Source of the DNA: an uncultured Pseudomonadota bacterium
Lineage (GTDB): Bacteria; Oederibacteriota; Muellerivitia; Muellerivitales; Muellerivitaceae
DNA length: 64,000 nucleotides
Assembly: GCA_963770835.1 (NCBI GenBank)
Contig: CAVYRH010000007.1
Span: 132,785 to 196,784 of the forward strand
Direction: 5' to 3'
The notes under the pieces were generated by a model, which was not told the origin of the DNA, searched no databases, and saw nothing but the letters and a program-made list of their open reading frames with translations. A program made the translations under genes and the position numbers. Of this stretch, positions 31,578-42,160 are shown piece by piece; the stretch's first letter is position 1, and every line of letters starts with the position of its first letter.

Positions 31578-34566
31578 ATGACCGCCGCAGCCGCGCTGAC
31601 GGCGCCGCCCGGCCTCGCGCCGTTCTCGCTGAAGGACGCGCCGTCCTTCATCGAGCGGCAGTTTCCGGTCGGGCGGCTGTCGGCGGAGGCGTACAAGGAG
31701 CGCAAGGCTGGAGCAGGTCAGACGCTGACGGCGCTCGGCTCCTATTGGAAGGGCCGCAAGCCGCTGATCCTCGTGCGCGCGGTGGTGCTCGGCTGCCTGC
31801 TGCCGGCGACCGCGATCGCGGCGGCGGACCTCGAAATTTTCCTCAAGCTGATGGCGATGGACGACGCCGCCTTCGGGCGCCGTTTCGACGGCAGCGCGGC
31901 CGAATTCGCGCGGCTGTTTCCGGCCTAGGCCGAACTTGCGACCGAGGAGACGGCGAGCGGCGCCGAGTGTGGCGCGACGACCTTGACGAACGAGAGCGGC
32001 AGGCGCGGGTCGCGGAGGCTTTCGCGACGCTTGCCCTACGCCGACCGCGCTGAAGCATGTGCGCCGGCCGGAGGAATGCGACGAGGCCGAATTGCTTGCG
32101 CCCGATCTGGCCCGACGTGAACCGCCATCTCGGCACGAATGCGCGATCGCTTGCCCGAACTTGTCGAGCAATTGGGCGTCGCGCGTTTCGGCCATCGGCC
32201 GAAGGTCGCGGACACGTTCTGCGGCGGCGGGTCGATCCCGTTCGAGGCGGCGCGATCGGCTGCGACGTCTATGCCTCCGACCTCAACCCGATCGCCTGCA
32301 TGCTGACCTGGGGCGCTTTCAACATCATCGGCGCGTCGCACGGAGAGGCGCGCCGAGATCGAGACGGCGCAGAAGCAAGTCGCGGCGGCGGTCGACGCCG
32401 AGATCACGCGGCTCGGCATCGAGCACGACGCAGAAGGGCAACCGCGCAAAGGCCTATCTCTATTGCCTTGAGACCCGCTGCCCAAAGACCGGCTGGATGG
32501 TGCCGATGGCACCGTCTGGGTCATTTCCAAGACGAGCAACGTGGTCGCGAAGCTGGTGCCCGATCACGCGACCAAGCGCTACGACATCGAAATTCATTCG
32601 GGCGTCTCGGCGGCGGAAATGGCGGAGGCCGAGCAAGGCACGGTGCGCGACGGCCGGCTGGTCCATCCGATGAACCCGGAGCGTTCGGGCGTCGAGATCA
32701 AGACGATCCGCGGCGATTATCGCGATGCCGACGGCGTCAACCGCAACCGCCTGCGGCTGTGGGAGAAGTCGGATTTCGTGCCGCGCCCGGACGATATTTT
32801 TCAGGAGCGGCTCTACTGCGATCCAATGGATCACGAAGGAGAGCCTCGGCAAAGCGGCGGCAGGAGACTTTCTTCGCTGCCGTGACCGAGGACGATCTCG
32901 CCCGCGAGCGCAAGGTCGAGGCGATCGTGCGCGAAAACCTTGCCCGCTGGCAGGACGAGGGTCTCGTGCCCGACATGCCGATCGAGCCGGGAGAGAAGAC
33001 CGACGAGCCGATCCGCACGCGCGGCTGGACCTATTGGCATCATTTGTTTGGCGCGCGGCAGCTTCTGATCATTGCGCTCATGCGAAACAGGCGCTTAGTC
33101 CGCACACCGACTGCGCTGCTTGCGTTCGCGAACGACTCTGAACGATTCTACGCAAGCTTGTGTAGGATACAACTCAACGCAGCGCAAAGCTGGGGCCGAG
33201 AGATGTGCTAGACAGCGTTTTTATCAATCAAGCACTAAATACCCATGATCAATTACGGTGTCGTATGCTTCGTAGCTATTCAGCGACATACTCAGGAAAC
33301 ATTCCTGAATCTGCCACATTCCTGATGCGCAAGTATCGTTGTAAGCCCGACATCGCTGCGACAGCAAATCTGCGGTATCTGCGGATATCTTTATCACCGA
33401 TCCACCCTATGCCGACGCAGTAAATTACCACGAGATCACCGAGTTCTTCATCGCCTGGCTGCGCAAGAACCCGCCGCCGCCTTTCGATCAATGGATCTGG
33501 GACTCGCATCGCGACCTCGCCATCAAAGGCAAGGACGAGCATTTCCGCCGCGACATGGTCGCCGCCTATGCCGCCATGACCCGGCACATGCCCGACAACG
33601 GCCTGCAGGTGGTGATGTTCACCCACCAGGACGCCGGCGTCTGGGCCGATCTCGGCGCGATCCTCTGGGCGGCCGGGCTGCAGCGTCACCGCCGCCTGGA
33701 ACATCGTCACCGAGACCGAGAGCGCGCTGAAGGAGGGCAACTACGTCCAGGGCACCGTCTGCCTCGTGCTGCGCAAGCGCCTCGGCGAAGCCAACGCCCG
33801 GCGCATGGAGATCGAGGCCGAGATCGAGGAGGCCGTTGCGGCGCAGCTTGCCCGCCTCACCGCGCTCGACGACTCCTGGCACGAGCGCAGCAACGCGGAG
33901 ACGCTCTACACCGACGGCGACCTGACGCTCGCGGCCTATGCCGCCGCGCTCCAGGTCGTCACCGCCTATTCATCGATCGACCGCCAACCGCTCGACCGCG
34001 ATCTCTATCGCAAGCTCGCCAAGGGCGAGACGACGATGATGCGCGATCTGGTCGACTACGCCGCGTCAGGTGGCGAACGGACTTGCTCGTGCCGACAGGG
34101 CTTCCCGCGGGACATGTGGCGCGACCTCGGAACGCCGCGAGCGGTTCTATGTGCGCATGCTCGACATGGAGGCGAAGGGCTCGGCAAAGGTCGCCGACTT
34201 CCAGAACTTCGCCAAGAGCTTCGCCTTCGGCGACTACACGTCGCTGATGGCCTCGACCACCGCCAACGCGGCGTCTCTCGCCGGCGCGGCCGACCTGAAG
34301 GGCCGCATGCTGGACGGCGAAGGCTTCGCCAAGACCCAGCTGCGCCAGGTGCTGTTCGCGATCTGGAAGACGATGGAGGGCGACGCGCGCGATCCCAAGC
34401 GCGGCGTGACGATCCTCAAGACCGAATACGCCGCCGATTACTGGCAGCGCCGGCAGAAGCTGATCGCGCTCGCGACCTACGTCGCCCTGAAGACGAAGAC
34501 GACCCGCCCGACGAGAGCGCCGCCGCGCACGAGCTTGCCGAAGCGCTGAAGCTCGATCGAGTCTGA
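31578..34566 (+). CDS. DUF1156 DNA amino-methyltransferase (frameshifts, one in-frame TAG at 31926)
   Basis: IERQFPV..LS.EAYKERKAG.GQTLT.LG.YWKGRKPL. SAM motif DTFCGGGSIPFEA (~32211). Catalytic TDPPY (33399-33410). VMFTHQ. Confidence 0.88.
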
Positions 34567-34597
34567 TGTCAAGGCGGCATAGACCGGGGTAGTCCGC

Positions 34598-37358
34598 ATG
34601 CCGATCGAGCGCTTCTCTTCCCGCCGCGAGGCGCTCGGCCCGGTCCTCACGGCTCGCCTCGAGGGCGCGTCGCGATACCTGCGCATCGCCGGGTATTTCC
34701 GCTCGTCGCTGCTGGAGGTCGTCGGCGAGGCGCTGGAGACGGTCGACGAGATCAGGGTCGTCTGCAACGGCGACCTCGACCCGTACGACGTGAAGGTCGC
34801 CAAGGCCGCGCGCGACGGCCAGGAGGCGCTGGCGCAGCACGCTCGTCTCGTCCTGGCAGTCGACCGAAGACGGGCTCGACCTACTGCTCGCGCGCGAACG
34901 TTATCGCCGTCTGCACGATCTGCTCGCCTCCGGCCGCATGAAGGTGCGCGTCGTGCCGCGCGACGACGAACAACGTATTCGTCCACGGCAAGGCCGGCGT
35001 CATCGAGCACGCTGACGGCCGGGTCTATTCCTTCGTCGGCAGCGTGAACGACTCCGCCACCGCGCTTTCGCCACGCCTACGAAATCCTCTGGGGCGACGA
35101 CGACCCCGATGCGGCCGAATGGGTGCGCGAGGAGTTCGAGCATTTCTGGGCGACAGGGCGTCGACCTGCCCGACGCGGTGGTCAAGCACGTCGCGGCGAT
35201 GGCGAACCGGATCGAGTATCGCTCGATCGAGGAGGCGCGCGATGCCGACGGCGAGCATGCCGGTGGACGCCGTGCTCGCCGAGCGGCCGATCTACAAGGG
35301 CGGCCAAATCCTGCGATCGTGGCAGAAGCGGTTCGTGCAGACCTGCGTCGAGGACTGGCGGCTGCACGGCAAGGCGCGCTACCTGATCGCCGACGACGTG
35401 GGCCTCGGCAAGACGCTGTCGATGGCGGCGGCGGCGCTGGTGCTGTCGCTGCTCGACGACAAGCCGGTGCTGATCCTCGCGCCCGCGACGCTTGATCTGG
35501 CAGTGGCAGGACGAGCTGGACGACAAGCTCGGCATGCCGGCGGCGGTCTGGTCGACGCAGAAGAAGTGCTGGCTCGACGGCGAACGCCGGCCGCTGACCC
35601 AGAAGGGCGACCCGACGCTCGTCGCAAAATGCCCCTGGCGCATCGGCATCGTGTCGACCGGCCTGATCGTCAACGGCGACGACGAGGGCGAGCGCGGCGC
35701 GCTGGCGAAGAAGACGTTCGGCGTCGTGATCCTCGACGAGGCGCACAAGGCGCGAAGCTTCGCGCGGGCCAGAGCGGGCGCGAAGCCGCGCGAACCAAAC
35801 AACCTGCTCGAGTTTCTGCGCGACCGTCGCCCGAAACGCGGCGAACGTCATTCTCGGCACCGCGACGCCGATCCAGCTGGAGGCGGTGGAATTGTGGGAC
35901 CTGCTTTCCGCGCTCAGCCAGGGCGCGCCGCAGGTGCTGGGGACGCCATTCGACGGCGGCGAGTGGATGCGCGAGGAGTTGATCCGGTACCTGACCGGTG
36001 CGCGACCTTGGCCGGCCAACGACACGAACCGTTGGGGTCTGTTTCGCAATCCGCTGCCGCCCGCGGGCGAGCACGCCGTATTTCGCGACATGCGCAATGA
36101 CGCCGGCCTGACCGCCGGGAAGTTGTCGGGCCGCGATACGATACTCTCGGCCCGACCTCCGGGCGGACTTCCTCGCGGATTTCCGACGCTCGCCGAGCGT
36201 CACAATCCGATCGTGCGGCGCGTCGTGCGCCGAACGCGGCCGATGCTGGAGGAGCGGGGCCTGCTCAAGCGCGATCGGCGTCATCACACATCCGCGCGCC
36301 GGCGACGGCCTGCCCGCGTCGCTGTTCAACGGCGAAGGGCTCGAAATGAGCCTCGCCTTCAAGACCGCCTACGAGGCGGCGGAGTAGTTCAGTCGGCTCT
36401 ATGCGCAGCGTCAACCCGGCGCAGGATTTCTGAAGACAATCCTGCTGCGGCGCATCGGGTCCTCCGCGCAAGGCCGGCCTCGAAACCGCCCGGCGTCTGC
36501 TCAGCCGACTGGATGTCCCTCTCGTGCCGGAGGAGGAGATCGGCGACGAAGGCGCGCCCGACGATATCGCGCCGCCCGATCCCGAAGAAATCGCATTTCT
36601 GCGCGAGGTCGAACGCAATCTGGAGGCCGTCGTGGCGGGCACGGATATCGACCCCAAGGTGCAAGTCGTCTTGCACTATCTGCGCGAGCGGCAGTGGCTG
36701 GAGACTAATGGCGCGATCATCTTCAGCCAGTACCTGACGACGGCGGAATGGGTGCTGGAGGCGCTCTGCGCGGCGTTCCCGAACGAGCCGGTCGCACTCT
36801 ATGCCGGCGGCGCGGCGTCATTCGTCCAGCGCGGCCAGAACGAACGCAACGGCGTCGCGCGAGCTGATCAAGCGCTACATTCAGGAGGGCGACATCCGGC
36901 TGGTTTGCGCGACGGACGCGGCCTGCGAGGGGCTCAATCTCCAGCGGCTCGGCGCGCAGGTGAATATCGACATGCCCTGGAACCCGTCGCGGCTCGAACA
37001 GCGCAAAGGTCGCGTCCAGCGGATCGGCCAGGCTCGCGACAACGTCCACGTCCTGAGCCTGCGCTATGCCGGCACGGTCGAGGACGAAGTCTACGCGGCG
37101 CTGTCCGCATCGCTTTGGCGACATTTTCTCCGTGCTCGGCCAGCTGCCGGACGCCTTCGAGGACGACTGGATTGACGCGGTCCTCAAGGATCGCACGGCC
37201 GTCAAGAATTTCTCTCAGCGCGTCGAGACGACGCAAGCCGCCGATGGAGCTGCGCTACATGCGCGACGTCGCCGACGATCACGGGCTGGACTGGGAATAT
37301 ACTGAGAAGGTGCTCTCCTCGCGCGACATCGACGACTGGATGCGGCAAGGGGTGGTGA
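34598..37358 (+). CDS. Phospholipase-D-like nuclease fused to a SNF2-type helicase (frameshifts, in-frame TAG at 36385)
   Basis: IAGYFRSS, FVHGKAG...GSVN (PLD). LIADDVGLGKT, ILDEAHK, ATDAACEGLNLQ, DMPWNPSRLEQRKGRVQRIGQ. Confidence 0.88.
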
Positions 37359-37373
37359 AGGTGGACATGAGCT

Positions 37374-38452
37374 TAGAGCGGAATCCGTTCAGGTTGTGTT
37401 GAGAGCGGGGAGTTCAGCGGGGTCATACCCGCAGGCCTCGAAGTAGTTTGCGCATTCGTCGGGCTTGAAGAGGCCGGCGCAGCCCTCCAGGGCGGCGATG
37501 AGACCGGCGACGGTGCGCTCGGCCAATTTTCGCAGCACGGCCTTCAGCTTGGAGAAGGCCTTCTCGATGGGGTTGAAGTCCGGGCTGTAGGGCGGCAGGT
37601 ATCTCACCGTGCAGTTTTTCCTGGCCAGGATTTCCGCCACTCTCGGGCTCTTGTGGGCCTTGAGATTGTCGAGCACGACGATGTCGCCCTCCTCCAAGGT
37701 TGGCAGAAGATGCTCAAGCCAGGCCTCGAACGTCTCGGCGTTCATGGCGTGGTCATAGGCCTTGGGCGCGACGGCGCCTCTCAGGCGCAGGCCGAAGACG
37801 AAGGTGATCGCTTTGTAATGGCCGTGCGGAACGCCGCAGCGCAGACGTTGCCCGCGTCGTCGCCGACCGTAGCGGCGCGCCATGTTGGTCGTCGCCGAGG
37901 TCTCGTCGACGAACACCAGTTTCAGCGGATCGAGGTCGAGTTGACCGTCGAACCATCGCCGTCGCCGTTCAAGGACGTCGGGCCGGTCCTGTTCGCTCGC
38001 GTGCGCCGACTTTTTTTGAACGTGATGTCGTGGCGGTCGAAGAACCGCCAGATCATCGACGGCGAGACCTTCTCGCCCCGCGTACGCTCCAAACGGGCGC
38101 AGATTTCGGCCAGCGTCAGGTCAGGCTCGCGCCGGTGAAGGCGCAGAAGGTAGTCCGCATGCGCCTCCACGCGCCGCGAACGCGTGTCGCCGCCCATCGG
38201 CAGCGGCTGCATAGCTGCCGCGCTCGCGCAACGCCTCCACCCAGCGGATCGCGCTGGCGAAGCTAACCCTGAACCGCCGCGCCGCCGCCCGGCAACTCAT
38301 GCCTTCCTCGCCAATCGCCGAAACCACCCGCTTGCGCAAATCCACCGACAAAGGACCCATCTCGCGCCGCCTCCGAATCGGCGCCGCTCAAGAATCAGAT
38401 TTCCTCCGTTTTGGGAATCCCGAGCGATTCAACCCGCGCGGAAACCGCTCTA
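37374..38452 (-). mobile_element. IS630-family insertion sequence
   Basis: Inverted repeats TAGAGCGGAATCCGTTCAGGTTG / CAACCCGCGCGGAAACCGCTCTA flank an IS630 transposase. Confidence 0.93.
37389..38360 (-). CDS. IS630 transposase (probable programmed -1 frameshift at A7G near 38010-38017, plus extra indels)
   Basis: LSVDLRKRVV HTH, ITFKK|SAHASEQDRPDV, FVDET, VLDNLKAHK, LPPYSPDFNPIEKAFSKLK. Confidence 0.9.
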
Positions 38453-38576
38453 GCTTGGAGCCTTCGTTGGGTACAAACAAAGAGGACTTAGCCCTGAGAG
38501 AAGCCCTTTACTGGATGGCCGAGAAGCTGACCTGGGGCTACGAAGACGTCGAACCCGACCCCGTCGAAGCGCTTAA

Positions 38577-40024
38577 CAGCCCGTTGATGAAGTCCCGGTT
38601 TTTCAGTTTCGCGTCAGGTCTGTGGCGAGGATGACGATTGCGGCGAGTTCCCCGTTGACGGTGGCGATCAGGCCGAAAGCCAGCGCCGCGTCGGATTGGA
38701 GAACGAAAATGAGGGCGGATACGGCCTCCGCAGCCTCCCTCGGCGTTCCCTGACCGTAAAGGGCGCGCATCAAGACGCCGAGATTGAACCCTGCGACATG
38801 GATCAGGTAGCGCTTGTGGAGGTTCTCCCGTCCGCGCAGCCATGCTCGACGCATGCCGCCGCGATCGAGGACATGGGCGAAGGAGCGCTCGACCATTTCT
38901 CCGCGCCGGCGCATCGTCTCGCGCCCGATATCCGATTTCAGCCGCACACGATTGGCGTAGACCGCTTTGCGCGCCGCCTCGTCGCCATGCCAACGCAGGT
39001 AGCCCTTGGACGGCTCGGGTTCGGCGATGCGCGTCTTCCACACGCCGCCTTCCAGAGCCTTCAATTGTTCGCGCGAATGATAGCCCTTGTCGGCGACCAC
39101 GACGCAGGGTTCCTCCTCGCTCGGCGCCAGCCCAACCGCGTCGAGGTTGCGCGCGGCGGCGCCCAGCGTCGGCGAAAGCGTCGTCGTATCGCCTTCGTCG
39201 GCCAGATGGATCGGCGCGGCCACGACGACGCCGGTGTCGAGGTCGACCGCGTGCTCCGGCTTGTAGGCCAGATGCGTCGTTCCGTCCTTCATCTTGGCGA
39301 TCCTGGCGTCACGGTCGGTCGGGCTCTTCCAGTCGGCGTTCGACAGCGTCTTGCCCTTGCGCTTCCGGTCGAAGCGCGCCAGGTCCTCGGCGCTCGGCGT
39401 GTCGATGCCGCTCTCTTTCGCCATCCGCGTCAGCATCGCGCGATAGCTCTCGCCGCTGTCGCGCCGCACGATCGTGCGCAACGCGGCGTTGGCCTCCATC
39501 GTCGAGCCGTCGACGCCGATCCGCTCGCCCTTCACCAGGCCGCGCTCGGCCACGAGCTTCAGCACCCAGCCGAACACCGTCTCGTGCGCCTCGTGCGGCA
39601 GACGCGAGCGCGTGCGCGACAGCCACGAATGATCGGGAACCCTCTCGACGTTCGACAGCCGCAGGAAATCGCGCAGCGAGAACAAGTCCGCGCAACGCCA
39701 CGCGATGCCCCGCTCGCTGTCGATGCCCTCGAAGTAGCCGATCATGTGCATGCGGAAATACCGTCCCGGCGGAAGCGACGGCGCGCCCATCCGCGGCGCG
39801 TAATACGGCTTGCACGCCCCTTCAACGAACGCGTCGAATCCGGCTTCCCGAAGCAGGTCCTGCAAGCGATCGTAGAACGCGTGCCCCGGCGAGCGCGGCA
39901 TCTCCGCCCACGTCGCCATCAGATCATCCTGAACAACCTCTGATCGCCCCATCGCCATCGCTGATTCCCGTTATGCCTCGACGACAACACGGAATCAGCG
40001 GAACTCGACTTCGTCAACGGGCTG
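38577..40024 (-). mobile_element. Insertion sequence (IS1182/IS5-like) with TTAA target duplication
   Basis: Inverted repeats CAGCCCGTTGATGAAGTC / GACTTCGTCAACGGGCTG. TTAA at 38573-38576 and 40025-40028. Confidence 0.92.
38603..39958 (-). CDS. DDE transposase with a DUF772-like N-terminus (intact)
   Basis: G.PS.PP, SERGI, PDHSWLSR, GVDGST..ANA, VADKGYH, R...VERSFAH. Confidence 0.92.
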   Translation of the reverse strand: MAMGRSEVVQDDLMATWAEMPRSPGHAFYDRLQDLLREAGFDAFVEGACKPYYAPRMGAPSLPPGRYFRMHMIGYFEGIDSERGIAWRCADLFSLRDFLRLSNVERVPDHSWLSRTRSRLPHEAHETVFGWVLKLVAERGLVKGERIGVDGSTMEANAALRTIVRRDSGESYRAMLTRMAKESGIDTPSAEDLARFDRKRKGKTLSNADWKSPTDRDARIAKMKDGTTHLAYKPEHAVDLDTGVVVAAPIHLADEGDTTTLSPTLGAAARNLDAVGLAPSEEEPCVVVADKGYHSREQLKALEGGVWKTRIAEPEPSKGYLRWHGDEAARKAVYANRVRLKSDIGRETMRRRGEMVERSFAHVLDRGGMRRAWLRGRENLHKRYLIHVAGFNLGVLMRALYGQGTPREAAEAVSALIFVLQSDAALAFGLIATVNGELAAIVILATDLTRN

Positions 40025-40539
40025 TTAAGCTTTTCCGTCAGTCGGCTGACCTGGGCTTTTCTGACGCGCTCATTAGGATTGGCCAGCTCCAGCAACAAGG
40101 CAAAGGTACGGCGCGCGACCCGAAAGCAGTCCTCAAGAATTACGTCGCGGCAGCGAAGGCCGGAAACTTCGCGGCGCTAGCATTCTTGGCCAGGCTGTTG
40201 TCTTACAGCTCCCAATTGGAGAGGTCGAACGCCCTTTGGGACCGCTTCTTCGCGAAGCTGAAGGCCAACCCCGAGCACGCCTTCATAGTGGCCCAGCGAG
40301 GCGAATTGCTTCATGACTACATCACCACTCAGCTCCAGCTGGGATTTGAGCCCGAGCATAAGGAAGTGCTTCAACAGCACCGGGTCGAGATCGCGGGCCA
40401 TCACCAGCGAGTCCGGGAAGACGCCCCCGCTGATAAGCTTGACCGTCTGGCGCGATGAAGTGGATCGAGATGAACCTAGGGCCATGGCCAATCTAGGGAC
40501 TTTGCTCTCGCCCAACGCGAATGGCAGACTTAGTGCATC

Positions 40540-41474
40540 ATGGCGATCCCCGACTACCAGACCCTAATGCTCCCCGTTCTCCGGCTTGCAGCCAAAGGGG
40601 AGCAGCGCGTCGCGGATGTCGCAGATCGCGTCGCTGATGAGTTCGGACTAAGTCCGGCAGAACGAGAAACGCTGCTCCCTAGCGGTCGCCAGCGCGTGCT
40701 GAACAACCGTATCCATTGGGCTAAATTCTACATGTCTAAGGCCGGGCTGACTTCATCGCCAGCGCGAGGCCGGTTCGTGGCGACTGAGGATGGGCGTAAG
40801 TTGCTCGCGACCAATCCCGATCAGATCAATGTCGCGCTTCTGATGAAATGGCCCTCATTCCGGGATTTCTATAAGAGCGAGACACCGCCAGCCTCCGACA
40901 GCGCGGAGGTCGCGTTCGAGGAGAAAGCTCCTAAGCCCAACGCCGTCACTCCCGAGGAGCAGATCGAGACTGCTTACCAAGCCGTACAGTCAGTCCTTCG
41001 CGCGGACCTCCTGGACCGCATCGCTCAAAATTCTCCGTCGTTCTTCGAGCAGCTCATCGTCGATCTGCTTGTCGCAATGGGCTACGGCGGGTCCCACAAG
41101 AACGCGGCGGAGCAGCTTGGCCGTGCAGGTGACGGGGGTGTCGACGGTGTGATCAATGAGGACCGGCTTGGCCTGGACCGCGTCTATGTTCAGGCGAAGC
41201 GGTATGCGAAGGAGCAATGCGGTCGGCCGTCCAGAGGTACAAGCTTTCGTGGGAAGTCTGGTCGGTCTGGGAGCGACAAAGGGCGTCTTCGTGACTACAT
41301 CGACGTTCAGCCCACAGGCGCGGGATTTTGTGCGGCACCTATCCCAGCGTGTCATCTTGCTCGATGGGCAAAACCTGGCGGACTTCATGATTGAGCATGG
41401 GGTCGGAAGTCCGCACCGGCCGGGCAATCGAGTTCAAACGTTTGGATGAGGATTTCTTCTCCGAGGACGACTGA
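40540..41474 (+). CDS. mrr: Mrr-family (type IV) restriction endonuclease (frameshifts near 41215 and 41407)
   Basis: MAIPDYQTLMLPVL and NRIHWAK.Y..KAGL (Mrr N-terminal domain). FEQLIVDLL.AMGYG, GDGGVDG, YVQAKRY, KGVFVTTS.F, C-terminal LDEDFF. Confidence 0.92.
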
Positions 41475-41673
41475 CACTGATCCGTCGGTCGGATTAACTG
41501 CAAATCTCTTGCGTATCGAGCTCGCGCCGGTCGGCTGGAAGGCAGTTTTCAGCCGCGATGAGCCGAGCTTGTGGAAGCATCAGAAAATATTGAGTGCTAC
41601 CGGTCGCTATTGTGTTGACTCTCGTTTGTAGACGTGGCTGTTTAGGCTCGCTCGGGTTACTCTTTTTGAGCAC

Positions 41674-41785
41674 GGACCGGTAGGACATCCGGCGGGCAAA
41701 GTCGACGACACCGTGGTCTCAAGTGAGAATGGACCGGTAGGGCATCCGGCGGCGTTGGTCGAAAGTCTGTCTCTCAAAGGAGAAG
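41674..41785. repeat. Imperfect tandem duplication, ~57-bp period
   Basis: GGACCGGTAGGACATCCGGCGG (41674) and GGACCGGTAGGGCATCCGGCGG (41731). Each is followed by GTCGA and TCTCAAnnGAGAA. Confidence 0.8.
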
Positions 41786-41875
41786 TCGGCGGCAACTGGC
41801 CGCCGGACAGGCGCAACCGCAACCAGCGTGTGCGCCGTCGTGTACGACGCGCACCGAATTTAAGGTGCGCTCGCC

Positions 41876-42160
41876 ATGTCCGCCGACACGACGCAGTTAA
41901 CTTCACCTGCCGTTCCCTCTCGGGGACTCGTTGTAGAGCCGCACGTCCGCCTTGGCCTGTCCCGCGCGCAGGCCGCCGAGTACGTCGGTGTTGGCGTCAG
42001 CCTGTTCGATCAGATGGTCGCGGACGGCCGCATGCCAAAGCCGAAACTGATCAACAGCCGGAAGGTCTGGCAACGGCAACGACTGGACGAGGCGTTTGCC
42101 GAATTGCCCGAAGAGGGGCAGGGTCAAGAGGCCAGCAGCCCTTGGATGGACTGCGCATGA
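41876..42160 (+). CDS. Excisionase/AlpA-like HTH protein
   Basis: GLSRAQAAEYVGVG.SLFD.MV.DGRMPKPK....RKVW....LD.AF. ATGA overlap with the integrase. Confidence 0.85.
   Translation: MSADTTQLTSPAVPSRGLVVEPHVRLGLSRAQAAEYVGVGVSLFDQMVADGRMPKPKLINSRKVWQRQRLDEAFAELPEEGQGQEASSPWMDCA

Larger units (their letters stand above)
37367..40458 (+). pseudogene. Sel1-repeat protein split into three pieces by two IS elements (37367-37373, 38453-38576, 40029-40458)
   Basis: Rejoined sequence reads MSLEPSLG...LYWMAEKLTWGYEDVEPDPVEAL|KLFRQSADLGFSDALIRIGQLQQQGKGTARDPKAVLKNYVAAAKAGN, which gives two Sel1-like repeats. Confidence 0.8.

Noticed and set aside
31926..36387. In-frame TAG codons in DUF1156 (31926) and the helicase (36385) as stop-codon reassignment
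   Set aside because: TAG ends trpB, the cupin and the PIN gene normally, and the region is error-rich.
38842..40024. N-terminal part of the 538-aa plus-strand ORF 38842..40458
   Set aside because: It is antisense to the transposase. Only the part after 40028 belongs to the Sel1 gene.
41713..42156. 148-aa N-terminal extension of the integrase ORF
   Set aside because: It overlaps the xis gene in another frame. The ATGA coupling at 42157 is the better start.
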